Part shown: piece after piece, positions 9,932-21,962 of the stretch | Layout: each line of letters begins with the position of its first letter | Position numbering within the stretch: position 1 is the stretch's first letter | NCBI GenBank assembly: GCA_013115145.1 | Contig: JAAPAO010000221.1 | Location: 1-51,414, forward strand | Direction of reading: 5' to 3' | Length of the DNA stretch: 51,414 bases | From: Perkinsus chesapeaki ATCC PRA-425 | Lineage: Eukaryota; Protista; Perkinsozoa | Notes under the pieces: model-generated | Database searches by the model: none | What the model saw: the letters and a program-made list of their open reading frames with translations, nothing else | Told to the model about the DNA's origin: nothing | Position numbers and translations under genes: made by a program

Positions 9932-12355
9932 ATGCCTGCCCTCATGAAGGAGCCTCCTTCTAGGCCCAAGGGCTCTACTCCATATCCGCCCCCTAGATGG
10001 GCCAGCCCTCCTGTGGTGGCTACCACCACGGCCGGCGTGACAGGGAAGGAGGCGACATGGGCGAGTATCGGTACACCTACTGCAGGTATTGGTGAGGAAC
10101 TGCTGCTGCCAACAGCATCAACAGCAGCAGCTCCGGCGGAATGGACGACTGTGGTAGTACCGGTGGTGGGGAATGTATCACAAGGCATATCAACGACTAC
10201 CGTGCAGCCTCTACCCTCTACGACACCAACACAACTGCCGAGTGTGCCGCCGGAAGTAACCAATAGTACTATTGGTAATGTAACAGAGATCATAAGCACT
10301 ACTAGCAAAGCGCCTGTTATTGTACCAACTGCATCTGCGATACCGGAGGGTAAGAGGGATGTCTATCTTGCTAATGGCTTCTTCTTTCTTGCTGTATTAT
10401 TGGGCTTATCCCTATTGGGTGGACAGTTCCTAAAGTGGGCCAGAGTTCGGTGGATTGGTGAGGCGGGTGTTGCTACTATGCTGGGTCTGCTGTGTGGTCT
10501 GTTGCTGTATAGTCTTCGTGCGGAGACTATGCTGGAGAAAGTACTCGAACTCAACGAGGAGGTATTCTTCTTTGTACTTCTGCCCCCTATTATTTTTCAA
10601 GGTGGTTTCTGTATCGATACCAAAACACTGTTCAAGAACTTCGGTACCATAGTGTGGTTGGCGGTGTGGGCTACCCTTTCCAGCTTCATGTTCATCGCTG
10701 GGGCAGTGTTCCTAGCTGGACAGTTGGAGCTCTGTTCGCCTTGGACCATCCATGAGGCTATGGGGTTTGCCACTGTTATCTCCGCCACGGATCCAGTAGC
10801 AGTACTATCGGTATTGAAGTCGATATCTACGGCGGGGCCGCTGCTGTCGGGCCTGATTGCTGGTGAAAGCCTGTTGAATGATGCTATCTGTTTGGTACTT
10901 TATCGATCCTTAATTCGGTGGGAGGACCGTTCTCTCCTCCATGCCATGCAAACCTTCACTTACGTTTTTGCGTGCTCCTGTCTCCTTGGTACTGCATTCG
11001 CATTTATATCAGCTTTGGTATATAAGTACTTCCCGAGAGATCATGCCAGTGATGGTTATGAGCTAGCTAGGCGAGGCTCGGAGGATGCCGGGAGTCGGCG
11101 TGACAGAGGGGCCCAGGCAGCGGCAGCAGCAGCAGCAGCCTTGGAAGCGTCTGACAGTGGATATGGATACAGTGTAGTGCTTGAAGTCAGTGTACTGGTG
11201 CTGTTTGTGTGGATGAGCTATCTCCTAGCAGAAGGCCTACAGCTATCGGGGATATGTGCTATACTATTCTGTGGTATCTTTATGAGGAAGTATACATGGT
11301 AAGTTAGGGGGGTATCCATCCTGACCTCTTTGGTATCTTTGAATCCGTGACGGGGAGCCCATAGTTGAGCAGGAAGGAGGGGAAAGGCAAAAATGAGTGA
11401 AATCATTTCACTGGAATGAACCTTAGAAAAGAGCCAAAGGCGACCGTCGTCATAGGATTCTTCCGAGCTTCATTGGTTGTTGATATTCAATAATTTACAG
11501 AGGAGCTTCTCTCACCTTCACGCGGGAATTCGCGAATTTCCCTATTAAAAATTATACAGACATATGGCTGTAGGTCTGTAGTCTAAGCATAGGAAGCCCC
11601 ACTACTCGTTGTTCAGGTTGAACCTAAGTCCAGAAGCCAGGAATCTCGCCGAGTCTATCTTCGAGCTCTTCGCTGTACTAGCCGAGGCTGTTATATTCGT
11701 TTTTCTCGGGCTTGCCCCTTTCTCGTTCGATAAGTCCCTCACTCGGACCCCGATATCCACCTATTTTGTCACAGCACTTGCCACCTTTGCTGCCCGGGTG
11801 TTATCAGTCAACACTACTATATCAATAGCCAACCTGTGCCGTACACGGAGCAAGCTACCGGCCTCCTACACCTCTGTACTGTCATTCTGTGGCTTAAGGG
11901 GGGCCATGGCCCTCGCCTTGGCGATTCGTGCGAGGCATGACTTCCCTTTGCATGGTCATGAGATCCTCTCTGTCTCTACTATAATAGCATTGTTCACAGT
12001 ACTGGTGCTGGGGTGCTCGGCAAGCTACGTCTTGGACTGGCTGCTGGGCACGGAGATGGCTCCGTGTGAGGAAGCTTCGGAGAATGGAGGGCTGACCACT
12101 GGGTATTGTGGTAGCATGAAGAGGCTGGTTATGAACCTTAACCGCGGTATACTACTACGGTTGTTTACAAGATCAAGCCAATCGAGTAGGAGGAGGAGGC
12201 AACAGGCTGCCGCTGGTCGGTATGGTGGGATAGAGCGGCATAGCAGTCGAAGTGACTCTGATGCCGAGGACTCGAGCCCAGGAGCAAGGGAGTATGGTCG
12301 ACGGAGCGCCTATGTGGGGGGTGTTGAGCTGGAGGAGGGATATGTTATAGAATGA
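9932..12355 (+). CDS. NHE: Na+/H+ exchanger (CPA1 family, NHE8/NHX-like) with Thr/Pro-rich N-terminus
   Basis: Motifs FFFVLLPPIIFQGG, FKNFGTI, ATVISATDPVAVLSVL, LIAGESLLNDA, GLRGAMALALA. Two exons joined by a 318-nt intron 11299-11616 (RKYTW|LNLSPEAR). The start may extend to 9864 through a short intron. Confidence 0.93.
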
Positions 12356-12571
12356 CGAGGGCAGCTGGGGGAGGAGAGGGCATCGTTATTACTATAATTG
12401 GCTTTTATCATCATCAGCGTCGTCTATGTTTCGAATCAGGGCGGGGTCTGCTGTTAGTATCTCGGATGACAGCAATATCTGCCTTTAGAGTATTGTGATC
12501 CTTTAATGTATGATTCTGTCAAAGGCTGGTGCCGAGTTGTAATTAATAGAAGATGGGATAGTGCTGTTGTT

Positions 12572-15500
12572 ATGAGGAGCAAGTCATCGCTACGTCGAGC
12601 CGATACGGAGGGAGGAGGCAGGTCTACTACCAAGTCGGTGGGGTTCAGTACCAGGCGCACTAGGCACTATAGGAAGGGAGGCCAGGAGAGGTATTTGAGG
12701 ATGATGCCTTTATCCTGGTACTGTTTATCTTCCTGCCAGCCCCTCTGATGCCTCAAATGCGGCTAGTAAAGGAAGGGCTGCAGGGGAGGGAGACAAGAGC
12801 CCTCGGTCGTCATCGGATGGTGAGGGTGAGCATCATCATCATCAGCAGGCTGATCCATCATCGCTGATGGTATCAGTCGAAGAGCCTCTATCGCCCATGG
12901 ACTCCAATACCTTTGATAATGGTTAGGAGGTATGGTTAGTGAATGTCGTTGTATTGAAGTGGTCAGGCTCTAGAGGGAATGAAGGGGACAGTGGGGTTGT
13001 GTCGTCGTCGGCGGCGGCGGGCAGAGATGCGTCCCCTACAGTTAGCACACCAAATAAAGGAGGCATTGGAGGCAACCATACCACACCATTGAAGTAGGCA
13101 ATGGAGGGGATGATGATGTTGGATGGTGATGAGGTGTAGGTGGATAAGGAGGACAAGTCTGACAGGTCGAAGTGATAGTAGTAGAGATGATTTCCTCGGC
13201 ACAGTCCCTTTGGAGTTCCCAACACAGGTAAGTGGCATATATCCCAGCCAAAGGGAAGGTGTCGATGTTAGGGCCAGGCTGAGAGTCGACCGGTGAAGGA
13301 GAATTTGACGAGTAGGGCATTGCCGGATCCATCAGTTGATGAGGCGTCTGACGATATTGAGAGGAGTATCGACTCACCTGACTCTAGGTAAGGGCTGTTA
13401 GGGGCGGTGATGGGATGGAGTGGTTGTGTAGCTCCAAAGTACCATCATCTGCCTTGGCAAGGCGACAGAAGACTCCGATGCCAGCTCACAGCAATAGGGA
13501 TGATCTGTCTCCCTTTGCTGAGTCGGATGATGATGAAGGCATATTGAATGAGCTCGGTGACCTGACACAAGGAGGGACAACAGCAGGGCCGGGGGCGGAC
13601 TCTCGGGTGAGGAGGGGTGCCCACAGGATTGGCCTTTAGTATGCAATTCAGGGGGCGGTTCAGTCTTTGTCGGATGAGGAGTTCCAATTCTCCCAGCCGG
13701 AAGGTAGAGGCTTTGGTCCATGGTCCGCGGGCATAAGGGGAACTAGTAGGTTCGAAGGCTCCGCGACCGCTGGCGACATTCCCAGTACCATCACCGGCCC
13801 AGAGCGGGACTGATGGTGATGATGATACGGAGATGCATGATGGCCCAGTTGATGTTGGTGTTGGTGATGCGGTAAATGGTATAGAAATGGACACTGATAT
13901 GCTCACACAAGTGGAGGAGGATGATGAGGTGACAGCTATGTGAGGACGGAGAGACTAGATTTATACTGGGTCAGGATACCTGGCAGAGTCCTAACCAAGA
14001 ACCAAGAATGATGAGGCCGTCCATGGGGGGCTCATCACAGCAGTTATCACCGGTCCTTAATGCTGGTGATGTGGACTTCTCACCAACGGGAGTGTCCGAG
14101 TGAGTTGGTGGTGGTGATGGATTGGGGTGATGGTTGGTCAGGTCGTATGGACTTGGAGGATACGAGACGCCGATGACACAAAGACACAATGAAGCATTTT
14201 CAAGCATAATGTAAGGCTGGTTGATGGTCTTAGTGGCTTTCTTTTATTTGCCTTCGTATGACGCCGGAGATTGTAAGCCTTCTTAGCTTAGTTGGTAGAG
14301 CACCCGCTTAGTAAGCGGGAGGTCGTCGGTTCGACTCCGGCAGAAGGCTTTTTTTCCACTTCAGCCCATCTTCCGCCTCTCAAGATGGTATGTTGTCTGA
14401 GGAAATGCCCACAAGTGTAAAAAGGATGAGGAAAGGGTCCGGGAAGAAGTCCATCGTCTCTCGCACCGAACTTAAGCGCATCCTGAGACACAGCAGTGAG
14501 TTCCGAGGCTATCAAGTGCTAATGAAGGAGGCGTTGGATAGGTTACTCGGATGGGGAGGCATCCGACTTTATGGAATCTAATGGCTCACGACAAATGGCT
14601 GGTGGATTTGAGATAAGTGAGATAGATGAAGCTAGTAAGGAGAATTTTGATATGGAACAATCATCAATACCCTTCCGTACCTCCAACAAGAGCCATGGTT
14701 CAAAGGTCCGTATTAATACAAACATCTGTCATAAGGGTAGTGTGTTTAGGATAATAAAAAGCATAAGTACTATATGACCCCCGGTGCCGCCAGCGACTGG
14801 TCAATGACCGGGCCAACTCAAGAGTGGCACGTACCTGTTATTGATGATACTATTGAAGAGGAGGAAGAAGAACGAAGATATGATGTGGCTCCGTAGGAGG
14901 AGATCTGGCGATACAGTTGGGGGGAATGGTTGTGGGTTTATTAGGACACAGGTGGTGCATAGGCCTAGTGAAGGGGTGGAAGAAGAGGAGGAGGATGCTG
15001 CTGTCCAGCAGCAGCAGGGGGAAGGGCAAGATGATGCCTATGCTGCTGTGGAGAAGGCACAGTTATTGTTCTATGAAGTAGTGGACACTGTAGCTGGTGG
15101 AGGGGTTACTGATGATCTGAAGGATGTATCTGAGCTATTGGATAGGACCACAGAGAAGTGAGCTCCTGTATAAGGTCGTCATGGCTCTGATTGTTGGTCT
15201 TAGGATGGCATCGGAAGGAGCTGAGGTATCTGATTTGATAGTTGAGGTATTACGTAACGATTTAAAGCGGCGGACAGCGGCCATTAAAAGGAAGATAGAG
15301 ATAGTGGAAATGCAGCAACTTGAGGTAGGTCAGGTTACCTAGGATGGTGGGCCATAGTTGGGTAGGTTAAGCATAAGCTGGGAAGCCAGAGTCGGGATAA
15401 GATCCTTGCCGATGTGGAGGCATTGGGGGGATGGTCTGAGGATGTTGAAGAGATATTTAGGGAAAGGTACGGGAAATGGTGATGGGTGGAAAGGAGCTGC

Positions 15501-16920
15501 GGTAGCTGGGTAGGTGTAAGTCGGCAGTAGTGGAGAGTAAGGCCTATGGCACCTTACCACCGTGCAGAGTTAGAGAGGACTTGTTAAAGTACTGGGGCGA
15601 TATAATAGATAGATTCGCATTAGAAGGGGAGATGGTTATGGAGACTAAGAGGAGGGAGGATCTAGAGGCAGAATGCAAGCTACAGGATGCCAGGGTAAGG
15701 ATAATAAGGAGGTATAAGGTCAGGGATTGGTCCACAGGTGAGGCTAGCTGAACAGGAGACAAGGGCTGCTGAGATAATAAGGAGATATGGGAAGGTTATG
15801 AATATAGAAAATAATGGTAATAAGAGGAGGCTATTATTATACCTACGAAACCTATTATAAAAGAGCATTATATATCATCACGCGGCTTGAAATGGTATGA
15901 AAGCAACTCATTAGTTATAGCATTTATAGCGTGGATCAATGCTTGACCTGGGCTGAAGGATCTCTGAGTTATGGTTGTTAGGGGAGGAGGATCATGGTGA
16001 AGTGTTGATGAAGGCAGTGAAAGGTGGGCATACTACTAGGAGATGGAAGGAGTTGGAGGATAAACAGGAAAAGGGTATAAAGAACGTAATACAGAGTAGG
16101 ATAGATGGGTATTGATGGCCCGGTGTAGTTGGCTAAGCTGATGGAGTCTAGAGATACAGTGGTTAAGGAAAAGGAGGCATTAGAGGCTAAGTTAGCTGAG
16201 CGACAGAAGCGGCACAATTGGCATAAGTGTCGGGAGTACTGGGGAGCAGTTCTCAGAGGGTCGGTGGGGCGCCATAACCAGGGAGCTTGCAGCTTGGCCA
16301 GGTACCGTGAGTTGCCCTGTGACATCCCGCGCGCCAGGAAATTCGAGACCGTGTCTGGGCTGATAGTAGTGGTGGTGGATGAGCCAGCTGCTGCTGCGGA
16401 TGTCCGAGTGCATGGTTCAAGTAGTCGTCGAGACATAAGCCTCCCTAATGGCAAGTTCGACTGTGTATGGAAGGCTATAGCAGCTAGAGGGAGGGCAATG
16501 CTGATGGAAGGAGCATCGGCGGAGGAGGTCATCAACAAAGTGGTGGAGTATGGTGACCGTGTTGGGAGGGTACAGGAGAGTGCACGAGCTTTGAGAGATG
16601 AGAAGGGGGCTTTGGGGACCTGCTCCAGGATTCTTTGTACGGAGCGAGGCAAGGTCGCTCTGTTCCACAGAATAGAGCTCCCCCGTGGGCTTGGCACATG
16701 CCCTACCTTGGTGGCCCGTGTACATGTTGGTGTGGTATTAATGACACCTTATATAGATTGGGAAGGTAACAGTAGCAGTGATTACAGGCTGGAGGATGTC
16801 CTTGTACGCCATCCATTTCCTTTACCTATTGGAGGAGATCTCTTCGCTGTCGGTGTGCGTATGCATGTAATGGATGCCATGGCTAAGCTTATGGAGGAGG
16901 CTGATGCCCGTCGGGGGTAG
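12572..16920 (+). CDS. Large multi-exon protein: acidic disordered N-half, coiled coil and globular C-terminal domain; candidate KNL1/Spc105-like kinetochore scaffold
   Basis: The junctions I traced link the fragments in frame, e.g. intron 13929-13974 (EEDDE|DTWQSPNQ), intron 14211-14364 (FSSI|IPSSASQ), and YGK|LAKLMESR at 16129. N-terminal KSSLRR and KSVGF motifs. Not every junction was verified; the KNL1 identity is inference. Confidence 0.55.
14277..14349 (+). tRNA. trnT: tRNA-Thr(AGT), intronic
   Basis: Cloverleaf GCCTTCT/AGAAGGC, D-arm GCTT-AGTTGGTA-GAGC, anticodon arm CCCGC-TTAGTAA-GCGGG, T-arm GTCGG-TTCGACT-CCGGC, followed by a T-run. Lies in intron 14211-14364. Confidence 0.96.
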
Positions 16921-17283
16921 GGGGATAGTAGGAGTCATCACGACCTGTTGTTTAGGGGGTCACCAAGAAGTGTTAAAGACAACTTGGCTGCATTAGTGAA
17001 GTATCTGAATAATTCATTATCTATTAATAAATTAACATTATTGAGGGATAGGGCCATGACCACCACCATACAGGCCTCCTCCTCTGCCGCAGGGCTTAAC
17101 ATTATCCCTAATTTACTAACTGCATGATAGCTGTTGATAACCGATGATGGTTGTGCTGATAACATCTCCATGTAATAGTTTCAATTATATGAGCACAACC
17201 ATCAGCAGCCCTAGCCACAGGCAGCATTGTTGCGTTCTTCCCTATTAGAGTCTATTATTGTCTCAGCTCCTTTGTTACTAGTA

Positions 17284-18306
17284 ATGAGCCTTACCTACCC
17301 CCCTACCTCTGTTCCTTATTATTACTATTCTCTCTATCCTGTGTCTCTAGTACCGTGGGAGAGTATCCTTTCCCCCTGTCTTTCATGGTCCGCCCAGGAG
17401 GACCTTATCAACATTACAGTATACCATCCCAAGCATACTCACGCCCCTCCTCTAAAGTACTCCATTGCTTTCATTAAACGGTTGGTGTCAGAGCTTGCCA
17501 ATCTCACTGATGAGGTCCACGACCTTTGGTATGAATATATAGCAGAGAGTGCAACTAAGCTCTGGAAGAGCCCTGAGAGTGATAAGGGTTATATAACCTA
17601 CCAGTTAGAGGACCCCATCACCCTCCAGTACGATACTTCGGGCAAGTTTATCGAGCAAGGCACGACTGGTCTATCCCAGTGGGAGGCAGGGCGCTACCTT
17701 GCGAGTTGGTTGGTGGCCAACAAGGCTGTAGTTAAGGGCAAAAGGGTCCTAGAACTCGGTGCTGGCAGCGGCCTGGTGGGCTTGGTGGCTGGTAAGCTCT
17801 GTGGTGCTGGGGAAGTCTGTCTTACAGATGGCAATGCCCTTGTTGTAAAGGCACTAGAGGGGAACGTGAAGGCCAATAGCTGCTGCTCTAGGGTGCATGC
17901 AGCTCGACTGGGATGGGGTGATGATGGGGTAGGGGAGCTGCTTGGCTCAGCAGATGTCATCATTGGTGCGGATCTAACCTATGATCCAACCATTGTCGGT
18001 ACCCTCATGAACACAATAAAGCTGATGAGGGCAGATGCTGTTTGTTATCTATGCAGCGCTGTAAGGACTCAATCTACGTGGAAGGAGTTCACCAAGCAAT
18101 GGGGTCAGCTTGAGGTCAAGGAATTACTACGATACCCTTCCCAATGGGAGAGCGTTGTACGTGATGAGTTCCTGGCTGGTCGGTGTCCTAGGCCAGGTGA
18201 GGTTGGGATGGAGATTGTGTTGTTGGAAATAAAGCAACCGTCGTCATCATCATCATCATCCTACTGTAACATAGTTCCTCAGATTGACTTGTCACTTGGA
18301 GCTTGA
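17284..18306 (+). CDS. EEF2KMT: Protein-lysine N-methyltransferase, EEF2KMT/FAM86A (Efm3)-like
   Basis: FAM86-like N-terminus (HPKHTHAPPLKYSIAFIKRLVSEL), GTTGLSQWEAGRYLASWL, SAM motif I VLELGAGSGLVG, LDW-like LGWG, DVIIGADLTYD. Intronless. Confidence 0.85.
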   Translation: MSLTYPPTSVPYYYYSLYPVSLVPWESILSPCLSWSAQEDLINITVYHPKHTHAPPLKYSIAFIKRLVSELANLTDEVHDLWYEYIAESATKLWKSPESDKGYITYQLEDPITLQYDTSGKFIEQGTTGLSQWEAGRYLASWLVANKAVVKGKRVLELGAGSGLVGLVAGKLCGAGEVCLTDGNALVVKALEGNVKANSCCSRVHAARLGWGDDGVGELLGSADVIIGADLTYDPTIVGTLMNTIKLMRADAVCYLCSAVRTQSTWKEFTKQWGQLEVKELLRYPSQWESVVRDEFLAGRCPRPGEVGMEIVLLEIKQPSSSSSSSYCNIVPQIDLSLGA

Positions 18307-18374
18307 ACATTTCTACGTCCATCATAATTGTTGTGTTAGTCATTATACGTATAAGCTCAGTGTCGTATTGGTAG

Positions 18375-20323
18375 ATGCCACCTACTTGGGAGGAGATATC
18401 CGACTGGAGCTCCAACAAGCTGGCAGAGTACCTCAGGGTAGGTCTGTACGATGCCTACTAAGGGGACCATGTGCCATAGGGCCGCGGTATGAAGGTAGCA
18501 GCGGCGTTGGTTTGGCTGGAGAACTCATCAAGAGCTAGTGGCCAGCGGCTAGCAGCATGGGTTAGAGCTACACAAGGTTTCTCGATAGAAGGGTAAGCCG
18601 AAGGGGAGAGGAGGAGGAGGGGGGCATGCCTTGTGTTGTAGGATGAGACAGTTCTGTGATGAAGTCTATCGGGAAGAATCCGACAGGTACCGGACCTTTG
18701 GGCTGTTCGCTGGCGTACATAGCTCAATACCAATGAAGGAGTTGGAGGAATTGAGGGCACTGGGTGTAGAGGAGGGGCAAAGGGAGCTGTTAACAACACA
18801 GCAAGTGGAGGATGATGGGTCACTCATGGAGGGGGTTAGGCAGTCTTCGAGCCCATCATCGATAGGAGCAAGTGAGGAATCCAATTCCATCAAAGAGGAG
18901 ACTCACCCACCATCCGGAGAGCAGTCCATGGATGAAGGAATTAAAGAGGAGGTTGAAGTTAAGGTTGAGGCTAACGAGGGTCGATGCTCCAGTGGGGGGA
19001 GTGGAGCAACCCAGAGGAAGCGTGGGGCAAAGAGAATGAGCCATACCGAGGCAGGCAGCCCCAAAAGGAGGAGGTCCTCAACTGCCAGTACTAGGGCACC
19101 TGTACGGCGATCGGCAACAGTGAGTAGGGGGAGGAGAAGGGAGTGTTGGATAGTTGTTGTCTAGGCCAAGAGCTCACCAGCTTCAGGCCGATGCAGCAGC
19201 AATGGGAGACGAGCAAGCAGCACTGCATCTCATAAGGTAAGGTTTGGTGTTAATGGGCCAGGCATTGTCACCTTGGTCCTGGAGCTTGGGGACGTGACAT
19301 ATGATCCTTTATAGCACTTATTACTTGTAAGTGGTGAGTACTGTTGTATTCGTATAATAACATTCATCAGCAGTATATAGGTAACGCTGCCATCTCCTCG
19401 TTGGTAGGTGTTCATGGTCTCTGGTATCGCCTCTACGGTGGAGCACACCCTCTCTGGTTTATGTAACAGACTGGGAGGGGCTAAGATAGAGGACCTGGAT
19501 AGATGCATAGAGAGAGGTGTCACACCAAAGCTGACACATGTTATAGTTCCAGACAAGAACCCTGTTGTGACGCTGAAGGTGGGAGAGCGTCGGATGATGA
19601 TGATGATCAGGTGGTGGTGGTGATCTGTGTTGTAGGTCCTGTATGGCCTTTGCACCCCAACCTGCAGTATAATCCATGAGGGGTGGATAGCTGACTGTCG
19701 CATCGCATCAGAATGGGTGCCAACTGATGAATACGTTGTTGATGAGTGGGCGGAGAGGCCTCGATGGACGCCTGGGAGAGATGGGCCCCTGGAGAAGATT
19801 AGGATACACTTCTCCGGAAAGGTAAGTGAGATTACTAAACTGTTGGATGGTTCGAGTCAGATGAAATCGATGCCTTTGATGGAGCATTATTATAACCTTG
19901 TTCGACTGTGTGGAGGAGTTATTGATAAACAATCCCCCCGAGGAGCGAGGGTGGTGGTTGTGGGAGAGAAGCATAAACTGCCTGATAGGCTGCTATTCGA
20001 CTTAAAACATGGTAGCAGAGCGGACGACTCCGATAAGCACATCTGTGTTTCCAAGCCGGTTTAGCTTAGTGGTAGAGCGCCAGTCTTGTAAACTGGAGGT
20101 CGGCGGTTCGATCCCGCCATCCGGCTATTTTTCATTTTTTGTTCAGCGCGGTTTCATTAACTGTCGGGCGAGTGCTCCTTTATCAGGTGTTGTTCCCACA
20201 CCAGCGTTGGTGACTGAGGAGTGGTTAATGCAGTGTCTGAAGAGGCAATCCTTTATTGATGAATTAGATGAGTATCTTCCTCGTGATATATTTAAATCAG
20301 TTCCAAATGAATGGCATGATTAA
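18375..20323 (+). CDS. Tandem-BRCT domain protein with possible N-terminal SAM-like helix bundle
   Basis: Spliced model starts MPPTWEEISDWSSNKLAEYLR|GRGMKVAAAL. BRCT1: FMVSGI..LGG..THVIV..LK|VLYGL..IIHEGWIADC. BRCT2: IHFSG..NLVRLCGGVI..LVTEEWLMQC. Internal acidic/basic linker. Confidence 0.75.
20055..20126 (+). tRNA. trnT: tRNA-Thr(TGT), intronic in the BRCT gene
   Basis: GCCGGTT/ATCCGGC (one T-T mismatch), GCTT-AGTGGTA-GAGC, CCAGT-CTTGTAA-ACTGG, GGCGG-TTCGATC-CCGCC, followed by ATTTTTCATTTTTT. Confidence 0.93.
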
Positions 20324-20853
20324 TAACTACTACTAGTTTAACAACAACAACAACATCAATTACGCTACCTGTTGTGTTTAGACATTCATATAAGCTTGAG
20401 TGGAGTCTCTGTTATATTCAGCCAATATATCTCAACAGTCACGCGCCTAATAATACTCCTAGCAGTAGCCACTAAATAGACTCATTGTAGGAGTAATATA
20501 CCATAGCATCCTTCATACCGCTCCTTCCCCTAATTCCATCGTTTGCACCACCTTCCTTAAACCCTCCACTACTCTCCATTGCTCACATATCATCCCCCTT
20601 CTTATCGTACGATTACGTAAACTATCATCATTACTTCTCAAAATCAGTTGGTCACTTCCCCATTCGGCCTTCATGTCAAACCGTCTATTCCTTTCCAGTC
20701 TCAGAGGGGTACTACCATCACACCTGGTAGGCCGCTGCCGCCCTCTATTTCTCCAATCAGGTCCGTCGTCTAGCGCATGCCAATGATGAGACTCGACAAC
20801 AGGCCGGCAGGTAGAGGATCCCACGCCTCGCTTTAATAGAGGCTTTGGTCAGA

Positions 20854-21962
20854 ATGCGAAGTGCTGTAGCTGAAGAGGAGGCTCAAACTGCTGCTGCTGC
20901 TGGAGGGCTACAGGATACGGAGGTGGTCATGCAGGATGCTAATGGAGCCGACACTAAGAGGTTATTACCGACATATTGACTGTTGAATGATGCCGATGAT
21001 GTTGTTGGTAGGTCTTCTCCTCCAGTAGGGGTGGTTCGTAAGGGTCGAGGCCATGGCGGTGAGAGGACACTATTAGAGGGGTAATAAAGTGGGGAGGGAG
21101 CGAGGAGTTTGGAAAGTAGACCTGTTCTGTCGTCATCTGCACGCCGAAGGAGACTGGCCAAAGGCACCGGAGATGATGGAGCTGGTCAGGAGCGACGGTA
21201 ATGATAATAACGACACTGTGGCCGAACAGGGTGATGTTTTAGTTTCAGTATGCCAATAGATGATGGTGTAACTTATATAAATTCTACAACATTGCATTCC
21301 AAAGATGCCTGGCAGCATGATATGTACTATACTAAGGTATAATATTATCATATCAATCCACAGGTACTCTGGTCCTATGTCAGCTGGCTCTTGGGTGTTC
21401 GTTAGGAACTGCCCACCTAGTGTAACACCACAGCAATTGTATCATTTATTCCAAACCACCGTCAACAGCCCGGTAGTTTCCGTAAAGGTAGCCAACGTTA
21501 CCTTCTTATCACCTTAAAGCTGCGGCATTCGACAGGTCCATAGGGGATCTATACCAACAGCTCTAATTGGTTTTATCAGACGTGATGCGGCGGAGACAGC
21601 CGAACAGAAATTACATGGTCGGGATATCGATGGGACAATGTTGAAGGTGCTTTGGAAGCGCCTTGGGAAGGGGTTTACATTTCATGTAGGTGTGCAAAGT
21701 CGATGAGTCGGTGGCTGAGCTGGATGAACCTGAAGAAGTGGATAGAACGAGTTCTAGACCAACATACGTTGGTACATCACGGACACCTCCATCACAGAGG
21801 AGGAAGCGTTGGTCTAATAAGGGCGGCGGTGGATGGGGTGGAGGAGGAGGGGGAGTTAGGCGTACACCATTTAAAGGAAGGTCCACTCCACCATCGGTTG
21901 GTAGACGTGGTAATATAGTCTTAAAGACTAATAAAGCCGGCGGCGGCGGAAGCAGTAGATGA
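20854..21962 (+). CDS. RRM domain RNA-binding protein with Gly/Arg-rich tail
   Basis: Spliced RRM: WVFVRNCPPSVTPQQLYHLF..SVK|VHRGSIPTALIGFIRRDAAETAEQKLHGRDIDGTMLK|VCKV, with tail GGGGWGGGGGGVRR. Start position approximate. Confidence 0.75.

Noticed and set aside
11395-11545. Short palindromes in the NHE long intron (AGTGAAAT-C-ATTTCACT; GGGAATTCGCGAATTTCCC)
   Set aside because: Stems are short, with no snoRNA boxes or repeats elsewhere in the window.
15978-16697. 239-aa antisense ORF; similar antisense ORFs at 26519-27244 and 49637-50091
   Set aside because: They lie opposite well-supported exons and have no independent coding signal.
16938-17171. 77-aa minus-strand ORF between the KNL1-like gene and the methyltransferase
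   Set aside because: No motif and runs against the local gene block; cannot support or exclude.
20400-20824. Minus-strand ORF 20513-20824 with a possible extra exon
   Set aside because: Non-ATG start, no motif, ambiguous splicing.
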